From the NCBI GenBank assembly GCA_002269645.1, contig NIVC01000423.1:124357-188356 (forward strand): 64,000 nt of DNA. Reading direction: 5' to 3'. The first letter of the stretch is position 1, and each line of letters begins with the position of its first letter. A program made the position numbers and the translations under genes. This document shows positions 13,131-27,200 of this stretch, in pieces. A model generated the notes under the pieces. It was given only the letters and a program-made list of their open reading frames with translations, did not search any database and was not told the DNA's origin. This DNA comes from Macrostomum lignano (Eukaryota).

Positions 13131-15144
13131 GTGGCTGTTTCGGTTTCTAAGAGCGCCATTTCAACATTTATAATTTATTCGCTTGGCCTACCACTTCGTG
13201 AGATCTCGCACTCTCGCAATCGAAGCTCGTGCGTCTTCACCAATCCTTGACAAAGTCTAAAAAAGTGACCAGAAAATTTCCACAGCTACAACTAGAATAA
13301 ACTTTCGTTTGTTTATAGTTCGCGGACACCTTTCGTTCGGCACAGTGGGACAAAAACACCTTTGCATAAATAGTTCCTCAGGCCTGCTCTGTTGTAGCCG
13401 AATATCAGGGAAGAAGTGATTGCTTCCTCATTCGCAGCAGCCTCTTTGAACTTAATCTTAGCCGGCCATCTATCTTTCTGCGTGTCTCCAGCGGGGCAGT
13501 ATTTTTTGCTTGCCTTGCTTGTCTTTTTCTGTCTCACAACTTGACAGTGGCTCCGTCTTTGTTTGCATGTTTGTGTATAATATACCCAGCAATCATAGCT
13601 AAAGCATTTGGTTGCCTGGCTGCATTATACAAGACCGCACGCACCCACATCCAGGTGATCAGTTTAGTTAGCTGCTGATTGAACGCGTTGACTAAAGTCA
13701 GTTATAAGCTAACCCAGTAAGTTACGGTGCAGCTGAGGTTGGGGGGGGGCAGGCATTGGCAACTATCAAGTCACATGATACCGCCAGTAGTCTGTGCGCC
13801 ACACAACCCGATGCGTTGAAAGCAGCACTCAGTGCGTAAACAAATTTTGGTATCGTTGTAGGTTAAGGTCTGGCAGGCTCTTTTTTCGGCAGAAATTGCC
13901 CTTTGGTAAGAGGGATTTGAGGAAGGCACAACGGCTCTGGAATGTCGGAAGAGACGTATCAGTATAATTCTTGTAAGTTTCAATGCAGCGATTGCAGCCT
14001 ACCAACCCCTTCCACTCTTGTCCTCCGGTGTTTATCACTGTTTATTCATTCCTTGGTCATCAAAACTGGTTGGGTAGCAAGCGATGATGAGTTGCTATGA
14101 TCGGAGAATCTGAAACTCTTTTAATGCGATTCTTCCTACATCTGGCGCTGGGTTTACTTCGGGTCGTAACTTGGCCCCCGCCCCTCCGCCCCTTGTCGAG
14201 TTTCCGGGGCGGAACTGCACTGAAGCGATCGTCATTCGTCGAAGCGTTTAAAAAATTTTCTGGGGAGACGTGAAAATTTGCCAGCTTGAGGAGGGCAAAA
14301 TTGGCTCTTTTGGAAATTCTTTTCGCCTGCAATCTGAGGATTGCGCAGTAAAACATAGAAGAGAGGATTTCAAGTTTATATCCGGTTGAATGCGGTCCTG
14401 AACCGCTTTGTAAACGACAGAAATACGCCTGCAGCAGTGATGTCAGTTTTTTTTGCTTTCAACCATGCAGCGCTTGCTTTTCTGCTTTCTAGTTAATTTG
14501 CACTGAAATGCATAGCTATATACAAAATTTTTGCGTTCGGGGCATTGTCGGCTGATTTTCCATGCAAGAATGGCATTCTTGCACTCTTTTGCGTGCAGGA
14601 ATGGATGTCTATGGTAAAATCTCACTGAAAAAGCATTAGACGCAGAATGCATTCCTGCACGGTTTTGTGCATTCCTGCACGATGAATCTTCCGACAATGG
14701 AATTCCTTCACGTTCACTCGTGCGTGAAGGACATCGTGCACTCGTGCGCTAGCGCGCACTCGTGCAGATGTCATTCCCGCACTCGTGACCGTGCAGGAAT
14801 ATATCATTCGTCAATGGTTTGACGAATGGTTTCGCTCAACAAATTGTGTGTTGACTATTAAAAACTTTAGCAATACACATCAACTGAGTCTTGCGAAGCG
14901 CGCATATTCGCACCAGCACATAACGCTGTATAAAGCGACTGGTTCGTAACGCAACATTGCGTAACGCTCGCTGAGACCCCAAACAGCCACTGACTGTAGT
15001 TCTGTATTCTAAGTATCCGTTGCTAAATCTTCAAATCTTTTTGATTACTTTGCATCAAAGTAAAACAAATCTCCAAGAAAAGGTTGACTCTCAATTTCGA
15101 TAAACTCTCTTAAACAATTGTTCCATACGTCAATTTGCCTTCAG

Positions 15145-15299
15145 ACCACCACGCTGACACCGATCCACCTGCGCAAAGCGAAGCTGCTGTTCTTTTACAA
15201 TCGCTATCCCAGCTCGGCCGTGCTGAAGGCCTACTTCCCGGACGTGAAGTTCAACAAGAACAACACCGCACAATTAGTAAAGTGGTTTTCAAACTTTCG
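15145..15299 (+). CDS. pros: Prospero coding exon 3 (homeodomain)
   Basis: [50 protein letters not shown] is the canonical Prospero homeodomain; CAG acceptor, GTAAGT donor at 15300 (phase 2). Confidence 0.97.
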
Positions 15300-17365
15300 G
15301 TAAGTATATAATTAAGTATTTGTACGCTCTACTGTGTCAAATGATGTTCGTTGAATTTACTCGTATGCACGGTTTAAGCTTCACTCCGACTCTCCTTTCG
15401 GGATGGGGAGGGGGGAGAATTTCCTCAAAAACATATTCCCAACGGATCCTGGGGGAGAGCGACAGCTTCCGCTGCTGGCAAAATATGCGGTAATTAGGTT
15501 TTAGACGGCTAATTCGTCACAGATCAAAGCCTCTGCGATATTAATGCGCATTGAAATCATTATTATGCGCAAAGAGACTGCTGCATGGGACTTCAGAAAG
15601 CGGCCCGCTGATAGCTTCGATCTTTGGAGGCAGAATTTCTGACGAGCGCTGGCCCGTTGTAGAATTTAGAAAGCCCAAGCGGGGTTATAATGGAGTTTTT
15701 TCTCGCTTGCCGAGTTGTCTTAAGTGACCCGCACCGACTATTACTGCCTGAACGGGAGCGGAGAAAATTAAGTTACTCAAACTGCGGGAGCGTTTTAATT
15801 TGAATGCCAACCTCCTATGAGAGGCTAGGACAGAACCGACGGCAAGGAGTCCCTCTTGGGAGATGCTTCTCTTCTACTATTAAAAATCGTCGGTGCAATC
15901 ATCATTGACAGCTGAAATTATGAATTCTGCGCGTGGAAAATCTTCGTTCCCGCAAACATCGGCTGACCTCCATGAACAGCGGGTGGTCCATCCATTTTTT
16001 ACACTCGCAAAGTTTTTGGCGCGTCTTTTGAAAAATAAATTCTACTATCTAGGACAACCCATTTTGGCCTGTTAATGTTTACACAAGAGGCAACAGCGCT
16101 TGAAATGAAAAGCCTGCAAGGTTGACATCTTGATCTCTGTTTGGCACACTATACAGCTGGTGACGTCTTTGTCGCCTTTTTGAATTCTTAGAGAGCCTCG
16201 GTGTCGATGGGATGGATTTAAAAGGAAAACGCGGGCTGTAAATCCACCCGGCAGACGTCACTTCCCCGAAGAAGATTTAGAGACTAGAGAGACATGTCAA
16301 AAGCCTCAAGGCTGCGAGAAATCCACCGCCCGGGAGCACCGCGACCCAGCTGTAGCACCCCAACGAATTGATCGAACGATCTTCTGCTAGCCCTCTAATT
16401 TTCTTTCCCGCCGACATACACGGAATACACGAGAGGGAAAAAGGGGAGCTTTGCATGGAAATCCGAAATCCCCGACGCGCATGGCTGTTGACCCTGGCCC
16501 TTGCGTATATATTGAGAAAAGCTGACAGGAGAAGACGACACGCCCCGGGGGGGGGGGGCGGCTGAAACTCTGGTGGCGGTCCTTTTTAAAGAGACGAGAA
16601 GAAGAGTGGAAGAGGATGGATAGACAGAGATAGCCAGGAGCAGAGTAGATAAGGCCTGATGTCGCGTGATTCCCGGATTAACTTGTCAACTTTCTAAAAG
16701 CGACACCCTTCAAGGAAACCTTTTCCGCCTCCTGCGCGCCGGAGCAGTCTCTGACGGACTTTCACTCGGACCCGTCTCTCTTCTCCATTTTGTCTTATAC
16801 TGCTCACTTGTTTTTGTAGGGTGGGGCGGGCCAGATTCTCAATTAATCCGCGGCTGGACTGTAATAGAAATGGAATTTTGTTTGGCATTCCCCCAGGGGA
16901 GTTAGGCCATCTTGTCAACTGTAGTTTGAAGAGGCTCGACGCTGATTTCAATGATCCTTCTCAAAGTAAAATGCCCCAGAGAGAGAGCACATCCCGGGGA
17001 GAATCAGAACCCCAAGCAACTTTATTTCACGTATCGGCTAGCTAGTCCGTGGTCTCAAAATTTAAATCTTGAGTATGATTATCGACGAGAAAAAAAGGAA
17101 CCCATCGAAGATGGACGCCTGAGTATCCAAATTAATAGGCAGACTGTGAGAAACAGTTCTCACACGCTCTCACGGGGTGTACGGCTGCCCTGACACCGAT
17201 CATCTTCAGGCAGGGCACACAGCCTGTGCCTTGGGGGGTTAGTGCTAACAGGTGTGAATCAGACAACAAACCCCCATTGCAAGCTGGGAATCAAACCCGG
17301 GGAAATTATTGGAATGTGAAACTATAACAAAATTCTTCTCCCATCCGCGTCCCCGTTTTCCACAG

Positions 17366-17510
17366 CGAGTTTTTCTACATTCAAATGGAGAAATACGCTC
17401 GACAGGCAATCGTTGAGGGCGTCAGATCGGCCGAGAGAATCACTGTGACGGCCGACTCGGAGATCTATCGAGTGCTCAATCTGCACTACAACAGGAACAA
17501 CCAGATCGAG
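17366..17510 (+). CDS. pros: Prospero coding exon 4 (homeo-prospero domain)
   Basis: [18 protein letters not shown]...[18 protein letters not shown]; CAG acceptor, GTGAGT donor at 17511. Confidence 0.97.
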
Positions 17511-17682
17511 GTGAGTCCAAGTGAAACAACTGTTACAAATGCATGGCTTTGGCTTTGCTTTAGTCCAAGAGGAACTGGTCAGAAGTTACCGGGACTCCAC
17601 TGACTGGGACTCCACTGACCGGGACTACCTGCACATCCAGTGACACTCCAACTTAGATAAAACTCGTTCTTGTAATTTTCAG

Positions 17683-17868
17683 GTGCCGTCCCATTTTCGC
17701 ACAGTCATTGAGGCTACGCTGCGCGAGTTTTTCAAAGCCCTGTCAGCCAACAAAGACCAGGAGCAGTCGTGGAAAAAGCCAATCTACAAGGTGATCGCTC
17801 GCATGGACCAACAGGTGCCAGAGTTCTTTAAGTCACACAACTGGATGGAGAGGCTGACTGACCTGTAA
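17683..17868 (+). CDS. pros: Prospero coding exon 5 (prospero domain C-terminus, stop)
   Basis: VPSHFRTVIEATLREFFKALSANKDQEQSWKKPIYKVIARMDQQVPEFFKS; the spliced CDS is 2535 nt, giving 844 aa. Confidence 0.97.
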   Translation: MPSHFRTVIEATLREFFKALSANKDQEQSWKKPIYKVIARMDQQVPEFFKSHNWMERLTDL

Positions 17869-18589
17869 TTTAAACAAATAGTTTTAAGAATTTCACACCG
17901 CATAACCTGTTGTGCACGAAAATTGTAGGTATAATATGTTTTTACATTAAACAAAGTTTCATGAAAGACAACAAATTAAATAAGAATAGACTGTTTTGTT
18001 TCATATTGTCGACTACTTACTGTTGTAGTTGTAATGTATCGGTTTTATTTTTATCTTCCTGTTAGACATTTACAATCTTTTCATTTGCTCTCTTTCTGTC
18101 TGTCTCTGCCTGCCCGCCCTATTTCTACCTGCCTACCTCTATGTGGTTCGCTGACTGTCCTGTCCTGTGTAAATTTCTAATGTTCTATTCATTCTCCAAC
18201 TGTAAGCTTCACCCAATTAGCTTGTCCAGGTACCGTTCTTTTACAGTGTTATAGTTTTATCATGCCGTTTCTTCACTTGTACTTAATGAAAACATTTGTT
18301 TTGTTAAACTAGTCACACTTTTGGAGCTTAAAAAAGCGTACACTGCACATAGTTACGCCAGACATTGAAACTATACTCTCAGCGTAAAAAATAAAAATAA
18401 TGCAATTTTTTATTGTAATTTTCTTGGGCTTCATTGATGCAGACATCTGTCTAAATCAGGTCTTTTGTATTGCATATTTGATTGAGTTCTATAGCTCACA
18501 ACACCAAAAATAAAGCTCCATGGCCAGCACCGACACATACATTTAAGGCTCCCCCATCACCGATAATGCTCGTCAATCACCGACACATT

Positions 18590-19764
18590 AAGCCCCCATC
18601 ACCGACACATAAGGTTACTCCATCACCGACACATAAGGCTTCCCCATCACCGACACATAGAGCTCCTATCACCGACACATAAGGCTCTCTTATCACCGAC
18701 ACATAAGGCTCTCCCATCACCGACACATTAAGCTCCCATTACCGACACATAAGGCTCTCATCATCGACACATAAGGCTCCCATCACCGACACATAAGGCT
18801 CTCATCATCGACACATAAGGCTCCCCATCACCGACACATAAGGCTCTCCCATCACCGACACATTAAGCTCCCATTACCGACACATAAGGCTCTCATCATC
18901 GACACATACGGCTCCCATCACCGACACATAAGGCTCTCATCATCGACACATAAGGCTCCCCATCACCGACACATAAGGCTCTCCCATCACCGACACATTA
19001 AGCTCCCATTACCGACACATAAGGCTCTCATCATCGACACATAAGGCTCCCATCACCGACACATAAGGCTCTCATCATCGACACATAAGGCTCCCATCAC
19101 CGACACATAAGGCTCTCATCATCGACACATAAGGCTCCCCATCACCGACACATAAGGCTCTCCCATCACCGACACATTTAGCTCCCATCACCGACACATT
19201 AAGCTCCCATTACCGACACATAAGGCTCTCATCATCGACACATAAGGCTCCCATTACCGACACATAAGGCTCTCATCATCGACACATAAGGCTCCCATCA
19301 CCGACACATAAGGCTCTCATCATCGACACATAAGGCTCCCCATCACCGACACATAAGGCTCTCCCATCACCGACACATTTAGCTCCCATTACCGACACAT
19401 AAGGCTCTCCCATCACCGACACATTAAGCTCCCATTACCGACACATAAGGCTATCATCATCGACACATAAGGCTCCCATCACCGACACATAAGGCTCTCA
19501 TCATCGACACATAAGGCTCCCATCACCGACACATAAGGCTCTCATCATCGACACATAAGGCTCCCCATCACCGACACATAAGGCTCTCCCATCACCGACA
19601 CATTTAGCTCCCATTACCGACACATAAGGCTCCCCCATCACCGACACATAAGGCTCTCATCATCGACACATAAGGCTCCCCATCACCGACACATAAGGCT
19701 CTCCCATCACCGACACATTTAGCTCCCATTACCGACACATAAGGCTCCCCCATCACCGACACAT
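18590..19764. repeat. 22-24-bp minisatellite (ACCGACACATAAGGCTCCCATC variants)
   Basis: Tandem units with interspersed variants, downstream of prospero. Confidence 0.96.
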
Positions 19765-21078
19765 TATACGAGCGTATTTGTCGCCAATATTTGGCCTCTT
19801 GGTGGGCGCCCCTGTCTCTTGGTCGACGAAATTTTTGCGGAGACGCTTTTTGTGGGGTTGATAGAGGGCCTTCTGCAGCCAAAACTCCCGGAAAACTTCA
19901 TTCCTATGTAATTTAATGTAATGTAATGTAATGTGTACGTAATTTTAACAGTCTCCCTACCTACGTAACGCACAGAAGTCAATTTATCGACCAATGTCAG
20001 GTCTTCAATGAAATTCAAGTGCGTGCACAAAGTTGACAAGTCCTTGACTTCTGATTTGCGGTAAAAAAACATAATTCCAAAAGTTGATCAAAACATCGAT
20101 CCGAAGTGCTAATTTTGATCCTACACAACAGCTGAAACCAATAAATTTCTATGCATTCACCTGGCTGCTCAATTCTCTTAATTGATTTCAACACAACGCA
20201 TCAAAGAAATTAAGGAAAATTTAATCTTCAGTCACTTCCAGTTTGAACAGCTTAATTAAATTGCTGCGAGTATTTGCTATAGTTATAGAGGGCTAGGTGC
20301 GCGCCTCCTGAGAACTGTTCTTATCAGTTTTTGTGCCCAATTGCATGGCCAATGGAAAAATGGCGCGCGCGTAAAACCATTTATAGCGGACGGAGCCTTT
20401 GAAGTGGATCAATTAGCGAGAAAGTGTCGCGTGAGAATTCGGCGGAATTTGTTCTACCCAAATATTTTTTCGTCAATTATGGTACCCCGAGAATAATTTT
20501 AACAATGGGGGCTAGAGATGGATGCTTAAGGTTTACTCTGAGCCCACCAGCAGCTCTCAGACAATTAATTGTGCAGAGCAGCCTTGATTCTGTAACAATG
20601 GGGCAATAACACTGTAGTAGCTAGCGATTGTTGTATTGCGCCTCTGATTTGCTGCTCTTTTTTCGTCAAGAGCTTCTTCATTCCCTCGGGGAAACGAGGG
20701 ATTGTTTGATTTCCCTTGAGTCTTTAATAACTGAGTGAAGAGCACTGCCAGAAAACGGCGGATGTGAATCTACTCATGTGATTATTATTTCATTGTACTG
20801 ATCAAGGTCTTGAAGTTCGGCTATGCAGTTTTAACAATTTGAGAATTAACAACTTTGCGACAAAACATTGCAGTATGCACTTACATGAATAATGAAAGTC
20901 TGTTAAATTTATGGATTAATATCGAAATACACTTGTACTGATAAAAGCTTAAAGCTTTACTAACAATAGTGTAGTGTCGATATACAGTATGTTTGTTTGT
21001 TTACCGCTTGACGGCGTACAAATTGTACACAAGGACCACATACATGTATTAGCTTACATACAGGTACATGCAGTGGTC

Positions 21079-22586
21079 TGTGGCGCCCAGAGACAGACGC
21101 ATCATTTGTCTATGGCCACATCTGATTTTTACGCCTCTCGTTACAATTGAGGAGCCCACGGACTGGAGCGCACTTTTCCTTTTCTTACTGCATGGCACCG
21201 CGATCGCGAGCCACCAAATTGGTGAGCCCGACTCCCGCCGCCGCTTGCGGTGGGTCAAACCCTGCAGATACGGCCCGCAGCACAGAGGAAATCAGCGCCC
21301 ATCAGAGCATACGGCCATCCACTGCCAGCTGCGACCCTTTGAGCACCGCTGCAGCCTCCATCTGGCTTTCAACGCTGGCGCTGCCACCACCAGCTCCACG
21401 ACGCACACGCCGGGCCACTGCGGGTCCAGCGTTTCTGCCCGGCAATTGCTTTCGCCTCCGTCACGGCCGTGTAGCCGATTGCTCGGCCACAGACTCGCGT
21501 GCGACCGCCACCGCCCAGTTGGTCCGTCCTTACGCTCGTAGTAGTGCACATGGACAACTGTAGTGCAGTGGGCATAAGATCTCCGCAAGGCACTGACATT
21601 GCATACTCTGCCATCATAGCCGTGCGCGACCGCTATCGCTCGCCTCCTTGGCATGCAGTTGCACCGGACAACGGTTTTTCACCCGCAAGCGAACGGTTTA
21701 GTGGAGAGATTTCACCTGCAGCTCAAGGCTTCATTGATGGCGCACTTGACAGGACCAGCCTGGGGGTCAGCGAGTTGCCCTGGGTGTTGCTAGGGATCCG
21801 CTCAGTTCCCAAGGAGGACCTGCCGGCCTCATAGGCTGAGCTGGTGTACGGGGCGCCGCTCAGTGTGCCTGGAGAGTGCCTGCTGCGTAGCACCACCGTA
21901 GCTGGCAGCCAAGACCAGTTCCTGGCTCAGTTGCGCACAGCCGTGCAAGTTTTTCGGCCGGTGCCCACGTCGCACAATGTCAAACGATCATATCATCCGC
22001 CTGGCCCTTAGCCCTCGAAACCTGAAAATTTGTTTTTTGTGCGACGGGACGGCTACCACTCTCTACTCCAGAGGCCATACAATGGGCCGGGCCATTCAGA
22101 GTCATCAGAGGGAGGCCAAGACTTTCCTGTTAGACCTGGGCACCCGGCGCGATCGGGTCCGAGCGTTGACAGGTTAAAGCCGGCCGGCCATTCTCGACAC
22201 CACCGACTCTGTTCCACAGCCGGCTTTCTGCCCACGGGGTCACCCCCGGTGCGTGTCTGCCACACCACCAGCGCAACCTGCATGCTAGTCCACTCGGCAC
22301 CAAGCAGCCACCAGTGCAGCCAGCCAGTGTTCCCAGTCGCCGTCAGCCACATCGGCAGTGCCGACCGGCGCATTTCGGCATGTAGCTTGACGCTGGGGGG
22401 GGGAGCTGTGTGGCGGCCAGAGACAGACCAAGGAGTTCTATAATTAACAACGCATCAGTTGTCTATGGCCACATCTGATTTTTACGCCTCTCGTTACAGT
22501 TGAGGAGCCCACGGGCTGAGAGAAATAAGAAATATACGAGCGCACTTTTCCTTTTCTTTCTGGCACCGCGATCGCGAGCCACCACA
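21079..22586 (+). mobile_element. Degenerate, internally deleted Ty3/gypsy element with short LTRs
   Basis: LTRs 21079-21218 and ~22409-22586. PBS TGGTGAGCCC at 21220; G-rich PPT before the 3' LTR; TSD GGTC (21075-21078, 22587-22590). Broken integrase pieces: FHPQANGLVERFH, ELPWVLLGIRSVPKED, LQRPYNGP, SVDRLKPA. Confidence 0.88.
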
Positions 22587-23469
22587 GGTCCTAGATTGTA
22601 CATACATGAGCCACTGCATGTTGAGCCCTGGGTTTTTGCCCGCACGACCTGGCCCATATTTTGTATTTGGACACAAACACCCAAATTAAGAGACATGACC
22701 ACTGACTTTGATCGGTTCCCCATGCCCATGCAGGTTAGACAGTTTACAGAGGGGATGCAGTGAATCAGTTGAGTTTAAACGTAATTCATTTATAGTCATC
22801 CTTGGCAGCTGGTACTAATGCACCCGTAGAAACACCCATTTTGGAGGGCTACTTTAGCAGTCTGACTATAAATACCTAAAAAGTTTGAAGTATACATGCA
22901 CTTTGTACAGTGCTGCAGATTGCATGCTATAAGCTAGTATACTCTGATCGTGCTGCTACCACTTAATTGGTTTCGGATGTATCTGTAGGCCTATAATTGT
23001 GATACTTTATATGGACTGATGAAATTACATGTACATATTCAAATTTTAGCTAAATGGACGTTCGATCTTCATGAGTTTGTTCGATCATGCCGTCTTCATT
23101 CATTCATAATTCCATGTAATCGAATTCATTCTTTCAAAGCAGATCCTTAATCGTATCGTCGCTTTACAGTCAATGTACAACCATGCACGTACATGTACAT
23201 TTACACCAATCTATTTTAATTTAATCTCGTATTTTTACTCTTATTTATTTAAGCAAAATTACACTTGGAAAATGAAGGGACGGATTTCCTTTTCTCTCGT
23301 CATACGAGTCTTACTGATATGTACAGTTACTGTTCATAAATATATTTTTTATTTACGCACTATTTACTCTTTTAATAAGTATCCCTTCAGGTAAAAGTTG
23401 TGGTAAGGTTGTCGTATACGCCACGAACTTGTTTAAATTTTAACACACGGACGAATTGCAACTTCTTTT

Positions 23470-24231
23470 GGGTCTCCCTAAAACACGCCCCGCACCGCCC
23501 TGCAGCGCGACACATTAAAGCAAATTGGACTATAACTGAAGACACTTCAAAATGCGTTTTCTGTTAAGCTTCAAAGTTTTTATTAAATTAAGTTTTTTAC
23601 TATGAAATATAAAATTCGGTGAATAATAAGTGATATTATTAATAATATTAATGAAAAATAATAATTTAATAATGAAAACAAGAATATAAAAAATAATAAC
23701 AATGTTTATAATATTAATTAAAGATATTTATTCCATTACTTGTACAACAAATAGTTTTCTTTGCAATCAAATACTGCGTTGACAAAAAATGTTATAATGT
23801 GTAGCGGTTCGGGGCGGGGCGGTGCGTGTTGGGTCTCCCTAAAACACGCCCCGCACCGCCCCGAACCGCTACACATTATAACATTTTTTGTCAATGCAGT
23901 ATTTGATTGCAAAGAAAACTATTTGTTGTAAGAGTAATGGAATAAATATCTTTAATTATTATTATAAATATTGTCATAATTTTTTATATTCTCGTTTTCA
24001 TTATTAAATTATATTATTATTATTTTATTAATATTATTATTAATATCACTTATTATTCACCGAATTTTATATTTCAAATTAAAGAAACTAAATTTAATAA
24101 AAACTTTAAAGCTTAACAGAAAACGCATTTTTTAGTGTCTTCAGTTATAGTCCAATTTGTTTTAATGTGTAGCGCTGCAGGGCGGTGCGGGGCGTGTTTT
24201 AGGGAGACCCGTGCGTGTTTTAGGGAGACCC
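23470..24231. mobile_element. Two nested inverted copies of a ~370-bp MITE (GGG...CCC termini, Mutator-like)
   Basis: TIR GGGTCTCCCTAAAACACG. Outer copy TSD CTTCTTTT (23462-23469, 24232-24239). Inner copy 23831-24210 with 9-bp TSD GTGCGTGTT (23822-23830, 24211-24219). Superfamily inferred from termini and TSD length. Confidence 0.88.
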
Positions 24232-27200
24232 CTTCTTTTTTTAATCTGTGATGAAAATTCGAAATAATTTATATCAAATAAAGAATAAACCGGCCGTCGT
24301 GTATTGATAATGCCGTAATGGGGACTCTAAATGAATAATGTAGGGGCCTATGCTAATTTCCAATCAATTTTCTAATATAATTTTGTATAACATTAGTATT
24401 GACTTTATTAGCCTTGGCTTAAGGCCTAGTAGACCATAGACCTAAGCAAAGAAGGTAACTAACATTCAATTCATCCTTGGACTTTATCTATCTAGGTCAA
24501 TATTCCAGATTTTTTAGCTAGATCATTCTAGTCTTTAAAAGACACTTTAAATAAACCTATGCTATGGCTTGCCAGACTAGGCCCTATTTGAAAAATTCAA
24601 GATTGTTTGTCTTTGACTTTACTCTTTGGTCTGGTCTACTCTTTTTTATAAGTTATTATTTGTTTGTTTCATTCTCATTTAAAGCATGGCATTCTTTCGT
24701 CTTACAATGCCCATGTTAAATAAACAAGAAGGGTTTAAAAAAGTATAGGCCTACTTTACGATGGAAAAGAGCAGTGTTTCAGAGGTCTTAAATTCAGTCA
24801 TATAGTTGGTTTGTACTTCTAACTATATTTCCACAGAAATGTCACAACTCACACGCTTTAACATTGTGTCCGCCCTCATGACATTAGCAACTGAAGCTAT
24901 TGAGCCATTATAATCCGTTTTGTTTTACGATGCCTTATGAATAATTACAACATCTGGGGCATCACAAAATGAAACAGATATTATAGCGGCACTTTTGGAC
25001 TCAAACTCATACATTACACGAAGAGTCCTGTGAATTGATAAAGAAAAGGAGACAAAAGCAGTAAACCAATTTAAGGACCTTTAAGTAAGTAACCCCCTCT
25101 CACTTTCATTTTGTGATGCCCATAATGGACTGAATTATACCAAAGGCACCGTAAAACGAAACGGAATATATAGCTTGCCTTTCATTAATGAATCAACAAT
25201 CTGTCAAGTATACAAAATACAAAATACGTGTATAGCCATAACAGAAAATTATACAGAAACTACACTATCATGCCTATGCCATATGCTTTCTATGGGCATC
25301 GTAAAATGAACGGGGGCTGTCCCATTGAAATCGAAATGCATAGCAGGCATCGTAAGACAAAAGAATGCCTAAAGCATTTTATAATATTTGTTTTCATTAT
25401 TAATTTAATAGGCCTATTGCAATTTTATTTTTAATAGGCCTATATAGTAGGGGGCCTAGGCCTAATGTCTTGTCTTCTATTTAATATAAAGCAGTATAGG
25501 CCTAGTATAGGTAGGCCTATGCAGCATAGTTTTAAAAGTCTAGTGTCATTTCACTCATAATATCCAGGGCTACAACATGGCATGGTTAAAAATTTGGATT
25601 AAAAAAAAATTCTTACTGGACCCTCTACTATGCTTAGGCTTAGCATTATATAATAATTTAAAAACTTATATATAATACTAGGCCTACTAAAAGTAAGCAA
25701 ATAAAAAGTTTATTTGAAACTTGAAAGTTAATTAATAATTTTATTAGTTAATAATAAAATACAAATAAGAGGGTTGTTTCAATAGCATTAGCAGGTAGCA
25801 CGCAAAAAGTTACAAAAGATTAAGAAAGAAGTGAACAAAGTGATCAATGCTCACGCGCAAGTATTATTAAAGTTAATTAATAAGAAGTTATTATATTTGT
25901 ATTTATCATTGTTATAAACAAAGAGATTAATTAGGAATTTAGATAGATTTAAATAAATTTAAAATATTGTAACTATTTGTTTGGAAGTGCAAATTCTACT
26001 ACTAAAAAGAGTAAGCCTGATGTTGCTCTTGGTGGCATAGAGTCCAAGTGGCAAGACACTGTCTATTATAAGTTAAGATTATTCCAAGGGAAGGCTACAC
26101 GATAGACTGGAATTGCTGGGAAACTAACAAGCCAAGGGAGAATAAGACTTTCAATGGTTAATAGAGAATTCTTGCATGGAAGGTATGTTGTCTAGTAGGG
26201 AAGGAGGCAGTATGCCTAATAAGGAACTAGAATTAGGAGGGGATTGGGCAGACAGAGAGTCTGGCTGGGGAGTTGATAGAATGTCAGTCTGGGCTAAAAG
26301 ATCTGGGGATAGGAAAAGGCAGAATGCCTGTTCAACTAGGGAGAGAGAGAGTATGGCCAATTCGCCTGGGGGAAGAGAGTAGGGCTATATGCTCTTGAGA
26401 AAAGGGGGAGAGAGTGGGCAGAGACTGCACGTCTCTAAATGAACAAGGCTGACTCAATGGCTATTTTTAGAACAAACTGTTCTTTTGGCACTAGGCCTAA
26501 TAGCAAACTAGCAGGTCATTAGGTCTTAAATAAAAGGTTTCATACTTATATATATAATATAGTCAGTTTACTAAAAATGGCAGATAGTTTTAAAAAAATG
26601 TTTTCATTACAAAAGTTTTATTATAGATATATGCTAAGGTTACTAAATTTCAAGTAAAATTATCATTTAATATGTGTATTATTACTTATGATAATAGTGA
26701 CAGCAATTTACTCGTTAAAAGGCAGTAAGTACTAAAGATTCTCTTTATATGCCCAAATAATGGTCAATAAGGTAAAAGTTAATGGAATTTTCATATAAGC
26801 TAGTTTTGAGAATAAAATGTTAATAAAAAAATTAGGTTTTTATACAATGAATGATTATAAAAATGATGTAGCATGCAATAATAATAGCCTGTTACACATC
26901 CTTGGTCATTGACATTATCATGACATTAATGTTAACAATGAATTTGTCATTAACTCACAAAATTATTCACACAAATTCATTAATCCATTAGTGCAAAAAA
27001 TCTTAATGGCAGTCCATTTATTTTAATAAAAAATCTTAATGCTTGTTTATGCTTATTAATAGATTAATACTTATTAATAGACTGGTACCTAATACTGATC
27101 TTGTAGGCCTATGGAGTATGGACTAGGTCTAGATTTAAAAAGATTTTGGCTAGTTAGTATATATACTAATAGTAATAATAAGGCCTAATGAGCTTTACAT

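Noticed and set aside
7700-15145. U12/U2 twintron as in Drosophila prospero intron 2
   Set aside because: The intron position is similar, but I see no RTATCCTT U12 donor near the exon 2 end; only GT-AG sites.
26151-26382. Short ORFs in the AT-rich domain as a gene
   Set aside because: About 68 aa, with no motif and no convincing splice context.
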